A stretch of 54,115 nt of DNA from Candidatus Zixiibacteriota bacterium (GCA_020344395.1 CP070824.1:1836072-1890186); one strand, 5' to 3'; positions 28,539-38,086 are shown, counted from the stretch's first letter. Notes: a model not told the origin generated them from the sequence alone. Numbers and translations: made by a program.

Positions 28539-30299
28539 ATGCCAACACAGATCACCAACCGCATTTCGCAACTGGTCCAGATATCCGAGACCCGACTTCT
28601 CATTGTATTGTCTGTAGTGGTTGGGGTCGCGACGGCCCTCGGCGCGGTCGGGTTTATCCGTTTGATAGAGTATTTCAACTCGGTCTTCTTCGGATTCACA
28701 GACCAGATTCTGGTGACGGCGGTGGGGTTCGCCGATTGGGGTGGATACAAAGTGTGGCTTCCCCTTATCCCGATGATCGGAGGACTGCTGGTCGGGCCAA
28801 TCGTTTACCGGTACGCCAGCGAGGCGAAAGGTCATGGAGTCCCGGAGGTCATGAACTCGGTTGCCCGCCTGGGGGGTATTATCCGGCCACGGGTTGCGGT
28901 CGCCAAGACAATTGCCTCGGCTATCTGTATCGGCTCGGGTGGATCGGCTGGGCGCGAGGGGCCGATCGTCCAGATAGGTTCGGCCCTGGGCTCGACGGTG
29001 GGCCAGCTGTTCAGGATGTCAGGCGACAGGGTCAAGGTGCTGGTTGGCTGCGGGGCGGCGGCCGGGATTTCCGCTGTGTTCAACGCCCCTATCGCTGGCG
29101 TGATCTTTTCGCTGGAGATCATCCTGGGTGACTTTTCGCAGAGAACGTTTGCACCGGTCATTATCTCGTCAGTTGTTGCCTCGGCCGTCAGCCACGCTTT
29201 CCTGGGTAATCACCCCGCCTTCGCCGTGCCCGAGTATGCCCTGGTCTCGCCGTGGGAAATCCCGCTGTATTGCCTGATGGGAGTCGCTGTGGGTGCGTTG
29301 GCGGTTGCCTTCACGAGGACCCTTGACCGGTTTGAGGATTTCTTCGATGATCTCCGCGTGGCCAACTGGACCAAACCGGCTCTTGGAGGTTTGCTGCTGG
29401 GTATCCTGGCCATTTTCTTCCCGCAGGTACTGGCTGACGGTTATCATACCATTTCGCTAGTTCTTCACGGCAACATGGCGGTCTGGCTGATGGTAATCCT
29501 GGTGCTGGTAAAGATGGTGGGCACGTCGCTGACTCTTGGTTCAGGCAACTCGGGCGGTATTTTTGCACCCTCGCTTTTCATGGGAGCGGTGGCCGGGGGT
29601 GCATTTGGTGTCCTGATGAACTGGCTGCTGCCGGGCAGCACGGCATCACCCGGAGCCTATGCCCTGGTGGGGATGGCTGCCATGGTCGCGGGCACCACTC
29701 ATGCGCCGATAACAGCCATGCTGATAATCTTTGAGATGACCGGTGACTATCGAATCATACTTCCCCTGATGGTGGCGGTAGTATTTGCGTCATTGGTGGC
29801 AGGAAAGTTGTTTTCTCAATCGATTTACACCGCCAAGCTGGTCAAGCGCGGCATCGACATCCGGGAGGGAAAGGATGTCAGCGTACTCAGGTCACACCGG
29901 GTTAGAGAGGTGATGGACACCAACTTCGAGACCATTCACGCCTCGACGAGTCTTCTGGACATCTTCCGCAGGATCGAGCATTCGCACGAATCTTATTTTG
30001 TGGTCGAGAGAGCTGATGGAAGACTCAAGGGTGTTATCTCGTTTCAGGATATCAGGAACCTCCTGACCCAGCACGATCTTGACTATCTGGTGATAGCACA
30101 GGACCTGGTGGCACCGGATACGGCGGTGCTCTACACGAGCGATGATCTGGAGACGGCGCAGAGATTGTTCGGCCTGAAGGGATTTGTTCTGCTACCCGTG
30201 GTCGACAAAAATTTTCCCGACCGTGTGGTCGGCGTAGTCAGACGTGAAGAGTTGACCGACTACTACAACAGGCGGCTGCTGGAAACTCTCAGGAATTAG
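28539..30299 (+). CDS. ClC-family chloride channel / H+-Cl- exchanger with C-terminal CBS pair
   Basis: Selectivity-filter motifs GSGGSAGREGP and GGIFAPS. Conserved Tyr region. Two CBS repeats in the last 150 aa or so. ATG 28539 is preferred, with 28491 as an alternative. Confidence 0.85.
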   Translation: MPTQITNRISQLVQISETRLLIVLSVVVGVATALGAVGFIRLIEYFNSVFFGFTDQILVTAVGFADWGGYKVWLPLIPMIGGLLVGPIVYRYASEAKGHGVPEVMNSVARLGGIIRPRVAVAKTIASAICIGSGGSAGREGPIVQIGSALGSTVGQLFRMSGDRVKVLVGCGAAAGISAVFNAPIAGVIFSLEIILGDFSQRTFAPVIISSVVASAVSHAFLGNHPAFAVPEYALVSPWEIPLYCLMGVAVGALAVAFTRTLDRFEDFFDDLRVANWTKPALGGLLLGILAIFFPQVLADGYHTISLVLHGNMAVWLMVILVLVKMVGTSLTLGSGNSGGIFAPSLFMGAVAGGAFGVLMNWLLPGSTASPGAYALVGMAAMVAGTTHAPITAMLIIFEMTGDYRIILPLMVAVVFASLVAGKLFSQSIYTAKLVKRGIDIREGKDVSVLRSHRVREVMDTNFETIHASTSLLDIFRRIEHSHESYFVVERADGRLKGVISFQDIRNLLTQHDLDYLVIAQDLVAPDTAVLYTSDDLETAQRLFGLKGFVLLPVVDKNFPDRVVGVVRREELTDYYNRRLLETLRN

Positions 30300-30725
30300 T
30301 TTGGGCCTTTTTTCCCAACCGAAAATCTTAATTTCATTCGCACGACAGTTTTTTTTTAAGAGGCTTTCCCGGGACACCAAGGGAACATTTTTCCCTTCGC
30401 ACGCGAACTGATTGATCCGTGGCAAGGTATGCCGGGGAAATTATTTCTCATGATTGAATCGAAGAGGCGGCACTTTGAAATGACACACCTGCAATTTGCT
30501 TCCGGTCCTTGACGATCGGGGATAATGTATTATCATTAAGTCGCACAAGGAAAGCTGTGTGCTTATAACACCTGCTTGAGTGATCCTTCCATTGAGGGAA
30601 GGATGTAATTCCAGGAAGGAGGTGATGCCGAAGTGGACTACAAATTGACCGTTGAAATATTGGAGGCACGTATAGCTCCAATCGGTGGTTGGAGTAACGG
30701 CCGTCCGTAAGTTTATCTGGAAGCC

Positions 30726-30748
30726 AGGGCAGGTCTTAAACCTGCCCT
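30726..30748. terminator. 9-bp hairpin spanning the stop codon of the Ser/Thr kinase gene
   Basis: AGGGCAGGT-CTTAA-ACCTGCCCT. The kinase TAA (30736-38) lies in the loop. On the plus strand the hairpin is followed by CTTCTATTT, so it could terminate a plus-strand transcript from the spacer. Confidence 0.4.
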
Positions 30749-33729
30749 CTTCTATTTGCCAGCAGCTCTCCGAGCTGCTTTATTTTTTTCGCCAGCAACA
30801 TCACAGTCCTTCTCTGCTGATAGATGCGGCGATCGGCTTCGTCAGGTATAGTGTCGACGATTTTTTTATGAAGGCGCAAGCTTTTTTTGAAGTCCGCGTA
30901 ACAGCTCTCCCAGTCCTTCTGCAGGTATAGCAGCCGACCGCTCAGGGCCAGTGCTTCGGCTAATTCGTGGATCGTACCGGAGTTCTCGGCCGCTGAGATT
31001 GCTCTCTTTATATGTTTGCGGGTTGATTCGGGGGGGCTGGAATCAAGTTGTGCCTCGGCTACCAAGTTGCACATCCAGGCGGTTTCGAGATCCTTCGATG
31101 ATTGTGAGAATGTCCTGCTCAGGTTCTCAGCCATAATGCGGGCCCTGTCCCATTGCTCGTAGTAGAGGCATAATTCCAGCCGGTTGAATTCCAGCAGGCG
31201 TCGTTCTCGTTTCAAATGCATGCTGCCAATCAGCTTTTCCGCATCCCGCTGGTGTTCGGTCTTATCGCTCAGGCGTGTCACCAGCAGCAGGGCAGAAAGT
31301 TGACTCTCGGCATCGTTGATTTCTTTCGCCTCACGGAGCGCGGCCAGTCCGAGTTGAAGTGCTTGCCGACGGTCACCGACGGCGTATTGATACATAGCTT
31401 TCTGAAGGCGGATTTCGATTTCGAGATGACGCGAGTCAATCTCCCGGCAGATCGAATCTGCGCGCTCTATACATTCAGTTGTTTCTCGGAGACGTCCCAG
31501 TCGCCTGTAAACTGTAGCCATTTTGTTGTGGAATACAGCCACATGCGATCGGTCGTCGAGAGACTCGGAGAGTTGGAGTCCCTCGCGAATGTGAATAAGG
31601 GAGCGGTCGAGCTGTCCGCCGGAAATCATGATGGCGGTGAGGTTTTCCAGATTGAACAGCATTTCCTTTTTTGAACCAATGCGCCTGTTTATCTGAAGGG
31701 ATTCGGTAAGACAGTCGACGGCTTTGTCGATATCGCCCACAATGTAGCTCGCGTAACCAAGGTTGTTCAGGGTCCGGGCGATTTCTCCGGCGTGTCCGAG
31801 TTCCTTCTTGAGTCTCAGTGTGATAGTCAGTAGTGAAATGCAGCGTGAGTGACGTCCCAGTACGCCATATACGTTGCCGATGTTGTTCAGGGTCGTGGCG
31901 GCGTCGGCGTCAGCCTTCATCTGTCTCTGTATTCGCAGGGCTTTGCGATAGCAGGTCAGGGCTTTTGACATTTCCGCGGTCAGCCAGTAAGTGTTACCCA
32001 TATTGTTCAGTACTCGTGACACCTGCAGTTCATCACCCAGTTGCTGGGATATTTCCCGCGACCGGTCAAGCGCGTCCAGCGCTTTTCCGAAGTCCTGTCG
32101 CAGTCGGTGCAGATCTCCGAGTCGGTTGTACGCGTCAGCCAGCAGGCTGTCCGGCGTCCGGTCTCTGTACAGTTCGACGAGGCGTCGGCAGACGTCCAGG
32201 GCATCAGCAATATCGCCGTCTTCTTTGTGGTAGTCTGCGGCCAGTTTCACGAGTCGTCTGACGCGAAACTCTTTTCCGGACAACCTGGCGTAACGGGTGA
32301 CTTCGTTTATCAGCGAGAGTGCTTCTTTATTTCGATGCTCTCCGTTGAAACGAATAGCTGCCTCCTGAGCGCATCGTTCGGCCGCCTCGAGATTGCCCGC
32401 CTGGACGTACAGCCTGGCTGCCGGGCCAGCGAGTTGTTTCTCTTCGGCGAGCCCGGCGTAGCGTTTAGAGAGCCTCTTGACAGTAGCCGGCCGGAGCAAA
32501 TGGATCAACAGAGCTGTAAATGAGGGATCCGGTGTCTTTGTGGTTTTGCGCCCGGCCAGATCCTCAACCAGGGCATGATTCCCCACCACGGCACAAACCA
32601 CGGCCTGTCTTCTCAGCGAGAAGGGTAGTAGCGCGAATCGATTCAGCAGCCGTCGTCGGCAGACCGCCGGCCAGTATGGCGCATTTCGCCACCTGAAGCG
32701 ACCGTCGCTATAGACCAGATTGTTCCTGATGAAATTGGCTGTCAGGGCCATCCTCAACCCGGCCACGGTACGATCGGTAATCGAGTCGATCCGCGCCCGA
32801 CCATCAGCGTCAAGTTCGAGCCACCGGGAAGCACTTTCATCATAATTATCGTTCACGCGCATGAAGGCGGACGGTCGTAGAATTCGTTTGTAGGGGTATT
32901 TGCTACCCAATCGGACCAGCGTCTCGCAAACCTCAATTGCTGTTTGCGGACGCTCTTTTTCGGCCTTGGCCAGGAGAGAGTGCACCAGGCTTGCCAGGTC
33001 CGGATCTATCCCGGGGCAAAAATCGGCCAGCGGTATCTCCGGATCCTCGCGTGTTCTGCTGCTGACCGTAACCGGTTCGCATGCGCCGTCCATGAACGGA
33101 TGATGGCCGGACAGGAGTTGATAAGCTATGATGCCGAGCGCAAAAAGATCTGATTGATGGTTGGCCCGGCCGTCGGCAATTGTCTCCGGTGCCATGAAGC
33201 CGACCGTCCCGAGACCAAGGCGGATATTGTCGGATTCCGCGAACCTTTTCCCGAGAGAGAAATCCGAGAGCTTGACGTGTTTTGCCGGGCGTGAATCGAG
33301 ACATTTCCAGTCCGGCGGAAGAAAGACGTTTTCAGGTTTAAGATCGCCGTGGACTAGTTCGACCGCCCTCAGAAACTCCAGAACCGTCGCAATCGCTGAC
33401 AGAATGTTCAGAGCCTGGTTGATCGGTGGTCGCCCAATCGAATCGAGCGTGGGGCCGGTACAAAGTTGAAGCAGGATGAACTCAGCGTTTTCATCAGGCT
33501 TGGCCAGCGGTTGAATCAGGCCCGGGAAACGCAGATCAGAGATAAGTTCGTACTCCCGTCGAGCCAGTGCTGAAAATGGAGTTTCGGAGTTGTCGGTCTC
33601 AGCTAGCGGATACTTGAGAGCCGCCTCTCGGCCTAGTTTGGTGTCAAATACTCGAACGACTTCGGCCGTTCCCCCGCAGCCGAGCTTTTCAATGAATTGA
33701 AAGCGGGAGTTCTCAAAGGGGAAGGCCAT
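30736..33729 (-). CDS. Ser/Thr protein kinase fused to a long TPR array
   Basis: 997 aa. Gly loop LGCGGTAEV, AALK lysine, catalytic loop HGDLKPENVF (non-RD), DFS in place of DFG, and GTVGFMAPE. At least 10 TPR-like units from about residue 470 (LNNMGNTYW, LNNIGNVYG, LNNLGYASY). No P-loop between the domains. Confidence 0.85.
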   Translation of the reverse strand: MAFPFENSRFQFIEKLGCGGTAEVVRVFDTKLGREAALKYPLAETDNSETPFSALARREYELISDLRFPGLIQPLAKPDENAEFILLQLCTGPTLDSIGRPPINQALNILSAIATVLEFLRAVELVHGDLKPENVFLPPDWKCLDSRPAKHVKLSDFSLGKRFAESDNIRLGLGTVGFMAPETIADGRANHQSDLFALGIIAYQLLSGHHPFMDGACEPVTVSSRTREDPEIPLADFCPGIDPDLASLVHSLLAKAEKERPQTAIEVCETLVRLGSKYPYKRILRPSAFMRVNDNYDESASRWLELDADGRARIDSITDRTVAGLRMALTANFIRNNLVYSDGRFRWRNAPYWPAVCRRRLLNRFALLPFSLRRQAVVCAVVGNHALVEDLAGRKTTKTPDPSFTALLIHLLRPATVKRLSKRYAGLAEEKQLAGPAARLYVQAGNLEAAERCAQEAAIRFNGEHRNKEALSLINEVTRYARLSGKEFRVRRLVKLAADYHKEDGDIADALDVCRRLVELYRDRTPDSLLADAYNRLGDLHRLRQDFGKALDALDRSREISQQLGDELQVSRVLNNMGNTYWLTAEMSKALTCYRKALRIQRQMKADADAATTLNNIGNVYGVLGRHSRCISLLTITLRLKKELGHAGEIARTLNNLGYASYIVGDIDKAVDCLTESLQINRRIGSKKEMLFNLENLTAIMISGGQLDRSLIHIREGLQLSESLDDRSHVAVFHNKMATVYRRLGRLRETTECIERADSICREIDSRHLEIEIRLQKAMYQYAVGDRRQALQLGLAALREAKEINDAESQLSALLLVTRLSDKTEHQRDAEKLIGSMHLKRERRLLEFNRLELCLYYEQWDRARIMAENLSRTFSQSSKDLETAWMCNLVAEAQLDSSPPESTRKHIKRAISAAENSGTIHELAEALALSGRLLYLQKDWESCYADFKKSLRLHKKIVDTIPDEADRRIYQQRRTVMLLAKKIKQLGELLANRRGQV

Positions 33730-33730
33730 T

Positions 33731-35539
33731 TTAGTCGCTGGTCTCTCTGGTCGACTGAAATCGCGGGATGGTTATAGTGAAGGTTGTGCCCTCGTATTCT
33801 CTAGATGCGACGGCCAGCGTCCCGCCATGCAGTTCCACAATCTTCTTGCAGTTGTGAAGACCCAGGCCATGGCCGCCCTGTTTAGTAGAGAAGTGGAGTG
33901 CAAAAATCTTATCCCGGGTGTCCTCGGATATTCCGATGCCGTTATCCTCGATCTCCAGTGTTATCTCCTCACTTGCACTCTGGTAAGAGGCCCTGACACC
34001 AATGTGCGGCTGGAAATCACGGCCGGCGCTTTCTTCCGCCGCTGCCCGGTCGCCCAGAGCATCGGCTGCGTTGATGAGAAGATTCATGAGCACCTGCTGT
34101 ATCTGTCCGACATCCATTTCGAGGTCGGGCAAATCAGCAGGCAAGTCCATGGAAAAGTCTATGATTTTGAACCGGGGCTGGATGCGCAGGGAGAAGAGAA
34201 CATCGTCGATCACTGTCTTCAGGTCGTAACTTATGAATTCAGACTCAGGGCTGGAAAACTCCATGAGATTGTCTACAAAGCGCTTTATTTTCTGTATGGC
34301 CTCGATGATTGACTTGCTGTTGAACCTGACCTTGTCAAACTTCTTGCGTTCCACGTTCAGCGACATCAACTCGGCGTTGTTGGATATAATCGACAGGTAG
34401 TTGTTTAACTCGTGAGCGACCGAGGCAGCCATCTCCCCCTTGGCCACCAACTTTTCGGAAAGGATGACATACTGTTCCATGGTGGTCTTCTCGGTGATGT
34501 CCTCCACTGTGAGCATCAATCCGTCCCCTACGCCGGGCAGACCCGCGAGGGGATCGATCTTGACCGACAGCGCCTTTTCGATATAGCCGGTGTTGTGGCG
34601 CAGTCGCGGTTCTGAGTGCTCCTGCCCGGTCACCATGGCCGTGGAAATTATCTTCTGCCATTGAGGTCGCTGGCTTTGGTCGAGAATGTCAAGAAAGACA
34701 GATGGTTCGCTACCGTCACCGAGGAGGTGGATGTTTTCCCTGTCGAGGTCGAATGCTCTCAGGGCGCTGGAGTTAATGGTGGCGATTCTTCCGGCCATGT
34801 CGAGTACGACAATGCCGACAGGCGAACTGCTGATTATTGCCTCGTTGTATTGTTCGAGCTTGAGAAGTGATTCGTAGATTTCGGCATTGTGCAGGGCATC
34901 GGACACCAGTTGGGCGTAGAGTTCGAATATGTAGAGGTCCGATTTCAGGAACATTTTGGTCTGGCTTGAATTATCGAGATAGATTACACCGACGACCTTT
35001 TCCTTGACGACCAGGGGGACGCACATGATTGAGCGCAGATGCAGTTCCAGGACCGACTTGTGCTGTGAGAAGCGATCATCTTTGAGAGCGTCTGAAGTGT
35101 ATATTGATTTGCCCGTGCGAGCCACTTCCGAGGTGACACTGCTGGAGACCCGGAAATCTTCCTCCATCATTTCTTCTTTACAGAGATTGTAGGCCGATCT
35201 GACCTGCAGTTCACCCTGCTTGTCCAACAGCATGACCAGACCACGTTCAGCCTGCATCAGGTCGACTGCCTTTCTCATGACGACCTGCAAAACGTCATCG
35301 AGGACCAGCGATGAATTGACCGCTACGGAAGCTTCCAGAAGGGCCTTCAAATCGGTGATCCGTCCGGTATCAGCAGAATCCGCGCGCTTGATCCGCGGGT
35401 TCGACTGCGCTACTTTGTCCAAGGTAAGCTCAAGATCGGCAAACATATCGGAAGTGGGGGATTCATGCTCCTGCCCTGGCTCGCCAGTTGCCTGAGGCTG
35501 AGTGTCTTCATTCGCTGTGTTGCTGCTCGGTTGCTTCAT
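33731..35539 (-). CDS. Cytoplasmic GAF-PAS sensor histidine kinase
   Basis: 602 aa with no TM helix. GAF (VMRKAVDLMQAERGLVMLLD), PAS (SPVGIVVLDMAGRIATINSSA), H-box SVAHELNNYLSII, N-box LLINAADAL, and G2 GHGLGLHNCKKIVELHGG. Its stop lies 1 nt from the kinase start. Confidence 0.85.
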   Translation of the reverse strand: MKQPSSNTANEDTQPQATGEPGQEHESPTSDMFADLELTLDKVAQSNPRIKRADSADTGRITDLKALLEASVAVNSSLVLDDVLQVVMRKAVDLMQAERGLVMLLDKQGELQVRSAYNLCKEEMMEEDFRVSSSVTSEVARTGKSIYTSDALKDDRFSQHKSVLELHLRSIMCVPLVVKEKVVGVIYLDNSSQTKMFLKSDLYIFELYAQLVSDALHNAEIYESLLKLEQYNEAIISSSPVGIVVLDMAGRIATINSSALRAFDLDRENIHLLGDGSEPSVFLDILDQSQRPQWQKIISTAMVTGQEHSEPRLRHNTGYIEKALSVKIDPLAGLPGVGDGLMLTVEDITEKTTMEQYVILSEKLVAKGEMAASVAHELNNYLSIISNNAELMSLNVERKKFDKVRFNSKSIIEAIQKIKRFVDNLMEFSSPESEFISYDLKTVIDDVLFSLRIQPRFKIIDFSMDLPADLPDLEMDVGQIQQVLMNLLINAADALGDRAAAEESAGRDFQPHIGVRASYQSASEEITLEIEDNGIGISEDTRDKIFALHFSTKQGGHGLGLHNCKKIVELHGGTLAVASREYEGTTFTITIPRFQSTRETSD

Positions 35540-35645
35540 AATTGCCTCTTCATCTATGCAGACTCGTCCGTTCTCTGTTGTTTATCGGCAGGGATTTAGC
35601 CGTGCTTGACAGAATTATTGCTGAGCCCGAAGGACGTCTGTTAGC

Positions 35646-36287
35646 TCAGTCTTCGCCCCTGAGATCCCGGAGGGAAAACGAAATCGATTTGGCCTCTGTC
35701 ACCCGGCGGCCGTAACCGGTCAGACGGAGAAATTCTCGGAACAGGAGCCTGATTGGTGATGCCGGGGCGTCCGTTTGTTCGGATGATCCGGCCGTCGTGT
35801 TCAGATCAGTCAGGGCTGTCGTTGTAATCCTGAGTTGAAGTGAATACCGGCGTTCTCTGTCAAGAGAGTCAGTACCTTCCATCGTTACGGTAATAGAGTC
35901 GCGCAGGTATTGTCTCAGGTCAGCAGACGCGGCGAATACGCGGGGGGCAAACCAAGACTCTGGCGGCAAGAGCAACTCGTAAGTTTCGGTGACGGGACCG
36001 TAGCTTATGTGTAATGCGTTTTGCTCCTGAGCAACCAGCCTGTTCCCAAACAGTCGTCTGGGACTGACAAGCTTGAATTGACCCGTCATGAGGATGTCAA
36101 TACCGTCATGAAGAAGAGCTGAATCTTCGGCACTGAGGAGCGAAGAATAATCGACCCAAACCGTCACATTGGAATTTTCCAGGAAGATGTCAAACGGGAT
36201 ATGATGCTCCTGAGCCCTTGCGGACCCGAGTGCAAGCAGGAGAATCGGGCCGAACAACCACAGCCGGATAGATTCCGATCGTTTCAT
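35646..36287 (-). CDS. Secreted hypothetical protein, possibly DUF4390-like
   Basis: 213 aa. Signal peptide MKRSESIRLWLFGPILLLALGSARA. The segment LLHDGIDILMTGQFKLVSPRRLFGNRLVAQEQNALHISYGPVTETYELL resembles my recollection of the DUF4390 pattern. DUF4390 genes classically neighbour ntrYX. Confidence 0.45.
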   Translation of the reverse strand: MKRSESIRLWLFGPILLLALGSARAQEHHIPFDIFLENSNVTVWVDYSSLLSAEDSALLHDGIDILMTGQFKLVSPRRLFGNRLVAQEQNALHISYGPVTETYELLLPPESWFAPRVFAASADLRQYLRDSITVTMEGTDSLDRERRYSLQLRITTTALTDLNTTAGSSEQTDAPASPIRLLFREFLRLTGYGRRVTEAKSISFSLRDLRGED

Positions 36288-36317
36288 CCGGGGTTTTCTC
36301 CCGGAAACCGAATCGAT

Positions 36318-38060
36318 TTAGAATGCGTGGTCCACGCGTGCATAGAAATTTGGATCGGTCTCAGCAGAGCGGTCGAGTCGCTTGGCCAGCGAAATCCTCA
36401 GATCATCACCGAGGTAGATGGCTATCCCGAGCGAATGCTTCACTTCGTCGGTCTCCTGGAACTTCACGTCGTTCGTTATCTGCGCTGCGTCCCACAGGAG
36501 CGAAAGAGCCAGGTCACTGGCGGGGAATCGGAACCGGTACTCAAAATTAGCCATCCAGAATCTCGTGCCCATAAATTCTTTGTGCTTGAAGCCGCGGAGT
36601 GTCCCAAGGCCGCCAAGGTAAAAGCGCTTGTGCATCGGCAGATATCCATCGGAACCACCGAACATGGCCTGGCCTATAATCATTGAGCGACGGGTGAGAC
36701 GCTGGTACCGGCTGCCTCTGAGGGTGTATCGACGATAGTCGAAGTCCGAACCGAGATCGGGATGGGACCATTCAATTCGGCCATCGGCCAGCCATGCGGA
36801 TCGTCGGAAGGGGTTAGAGCCACGCGTGTCATAGGTGACAGTCGCCGTGAGGCCGGCGAGGGTGGTGGTGTCAATCATGGCGATTCCAATGTCACGAAAT
36901 ACTGAGTCGACCCTCCTGAAATTGGGGCTGAACAGCTTATCTCCGCCGAAAAGTGAAAAGAGGTGTGGTTGAGAAGGAAGCCAGTTTGTTTCCTCCTGTC
37001 GGTATCTTGTCTCCAGACGCAGGTTGCGCATTGGCCTGGCCGTTATATAGGCGCTGGCTCCTTCTGCTTCGTAGTAATCCTTGAAGTCTTCCGTAACCAG
37101 CAGGGCAAACACGGTATTTTCGCAGTCGCCAAGAAGCCAGTCATCCTCGGAGGCCAGGCGCCGATAAAATTCCGCGCCGATCGATATATCGGGTCTCCGC
37201 AGTATCGGCTGTTCTACGCCGATTCCGAAACGCCAACGTTCGGACTCGAAAGCGTAATCGGCGGACACCTCGACCGAAGGCAGGTACCCCAAAGCGTCAG
37301 TGTGCTGAAGTGACTGCCCTACTCGTGCACCATCAACCCGGTTGTACGTAAATCGGGGTTTGATGTCGCTATGTGACTCGACTGTCCAGCGACGATGAAC
37401 TCGGCCCCGGTGGCGGCCGGTATAGGTTCGCCCGTATACTGTCGCGCGGTCCGATACGGTAACCTTTCCTGTGACCGAGACGATATCCCCCCTGATAACT
37501 GCTTCCGGTCCCACATAGATATTGCCGAAAAGGGAAATTACATCCCTGTTGACCTCTCCCATTACCTCAATATCCCCGGTGACAGTGAAGAGCAGACCTC
37601 GCACAAACCGATCCTCGTCAATTGTAATGTTCCGGTGAGGTCGTATGACGTTACCTCTCTTGACACGTGAGACTCTGCCGATATCCTGGGTCCGGGCGAG
37701 GAAAGTGACTGCGGTATAGCCATCGGTACGACCCACCCGGGTGTCGTATACTTCGCCCAGGGAGACCTTCTGACCGTCGATGACTAGTTCGTCCTGATCG
37801 AAGATAATATGCGCGCCTCCTCTTACCTGCCCCCTGGTGATACTCAGGTCTCGGCGCTGGTAGGCAGCTTGGGCTGTTCGATCCTCCTCGAAGAGAGTAA
37901 TCTCAATGCTACGTTTGTTGAAACTGACCTCGAACAGATTCTTTGTCCGGATTGATCGGCGATATTCTTTGTAAGTGCTCTTCTGTGCGTCTGCCACGCT
38001 GAAACTGCCGGCAATGATGGCAAGGCCCAGCAACGGACCTGAAAGAAACCTGCGAACCAT
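36318..38060 (-). CDS. Omp85/BamA-superfamily outer-membrane barrel with non-POTRA, beta-helix-like N-terminal region
   Basis: 580 aa. Signal peptide ...SFSVADA|QK. Omp85 hallmark RFYLGGLGTLRGF and a C-terminal beta-signal ending ...YARVDHAF. Residues about 150-215 carry bactofilin-like repeats (VTGDIEVMGEVNRDVISLFGNIYVGPEAVIRGDIVSVTGKVTV). Confidence 0.75.
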   Translation of the reverse strand: MVRRFLSGPLLGLAIIAGSFSVADAQKSTYKEYRRSIRTKNLFEVSFNKRSIEITLFEEDRTAQAAYQRRDLSITRGQVRGGAHIIFDQDELVIDGQKVSLGEVYDTRVGRTDGYTAVTFLARTQDIGRVSRVKRGNVIRPHRNITIDEDRFVRGLLFTVTGDIEVMGEVNRDVISLFGNIYVGPEAVIRGDIVSVTGKVTVSDRATVYGRTYTGRHRGRVHRRWTVESHSDIKPRFTYNRVDGARVGQSLQHTDALGYLPSVEVSADYAFESERWRFGIGVEQPILRRPDISIGAEFYRRLASEDDWLLGDCENTVFALLVTEDFKDYYEAEGASAYITARPMRNLRLETRYRQEETNWLPSQPHLFSLFGGDKLFSPNFRRVDSVFRDIGIAMIDTTTLAGLTATVTYDTRGSNPFRRSAWLADGRIEWSHPDLGSDFDYRRYTLRGSRYQRLTRRSMIIGQAMFGGSDGYLPMHKRFYLGGLGTLRGFKHKEFMGTRFWMANFEYRFRFPASDLALSLLWDAAQITNDVKFQETDEVKHSLGIAIYLGDDLRISLAKRLDRSAETDPNFYARVDHAF

Positions 38061-38086
38061 ATCTCCTCCGTTTATCGGAACTATTC

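Noticed and set aside
30660-30710. tRNA-like impression (GTATAGCTCCAATCGGTGGTTGGAG)
   Set aside because: Only one stem-loop can be drawn. There is no acceptor stem, no T-loop GTTCRANNC and no anticodon arm at proper spacing. It is treated as one hairpin of the candidate sRNA instead.
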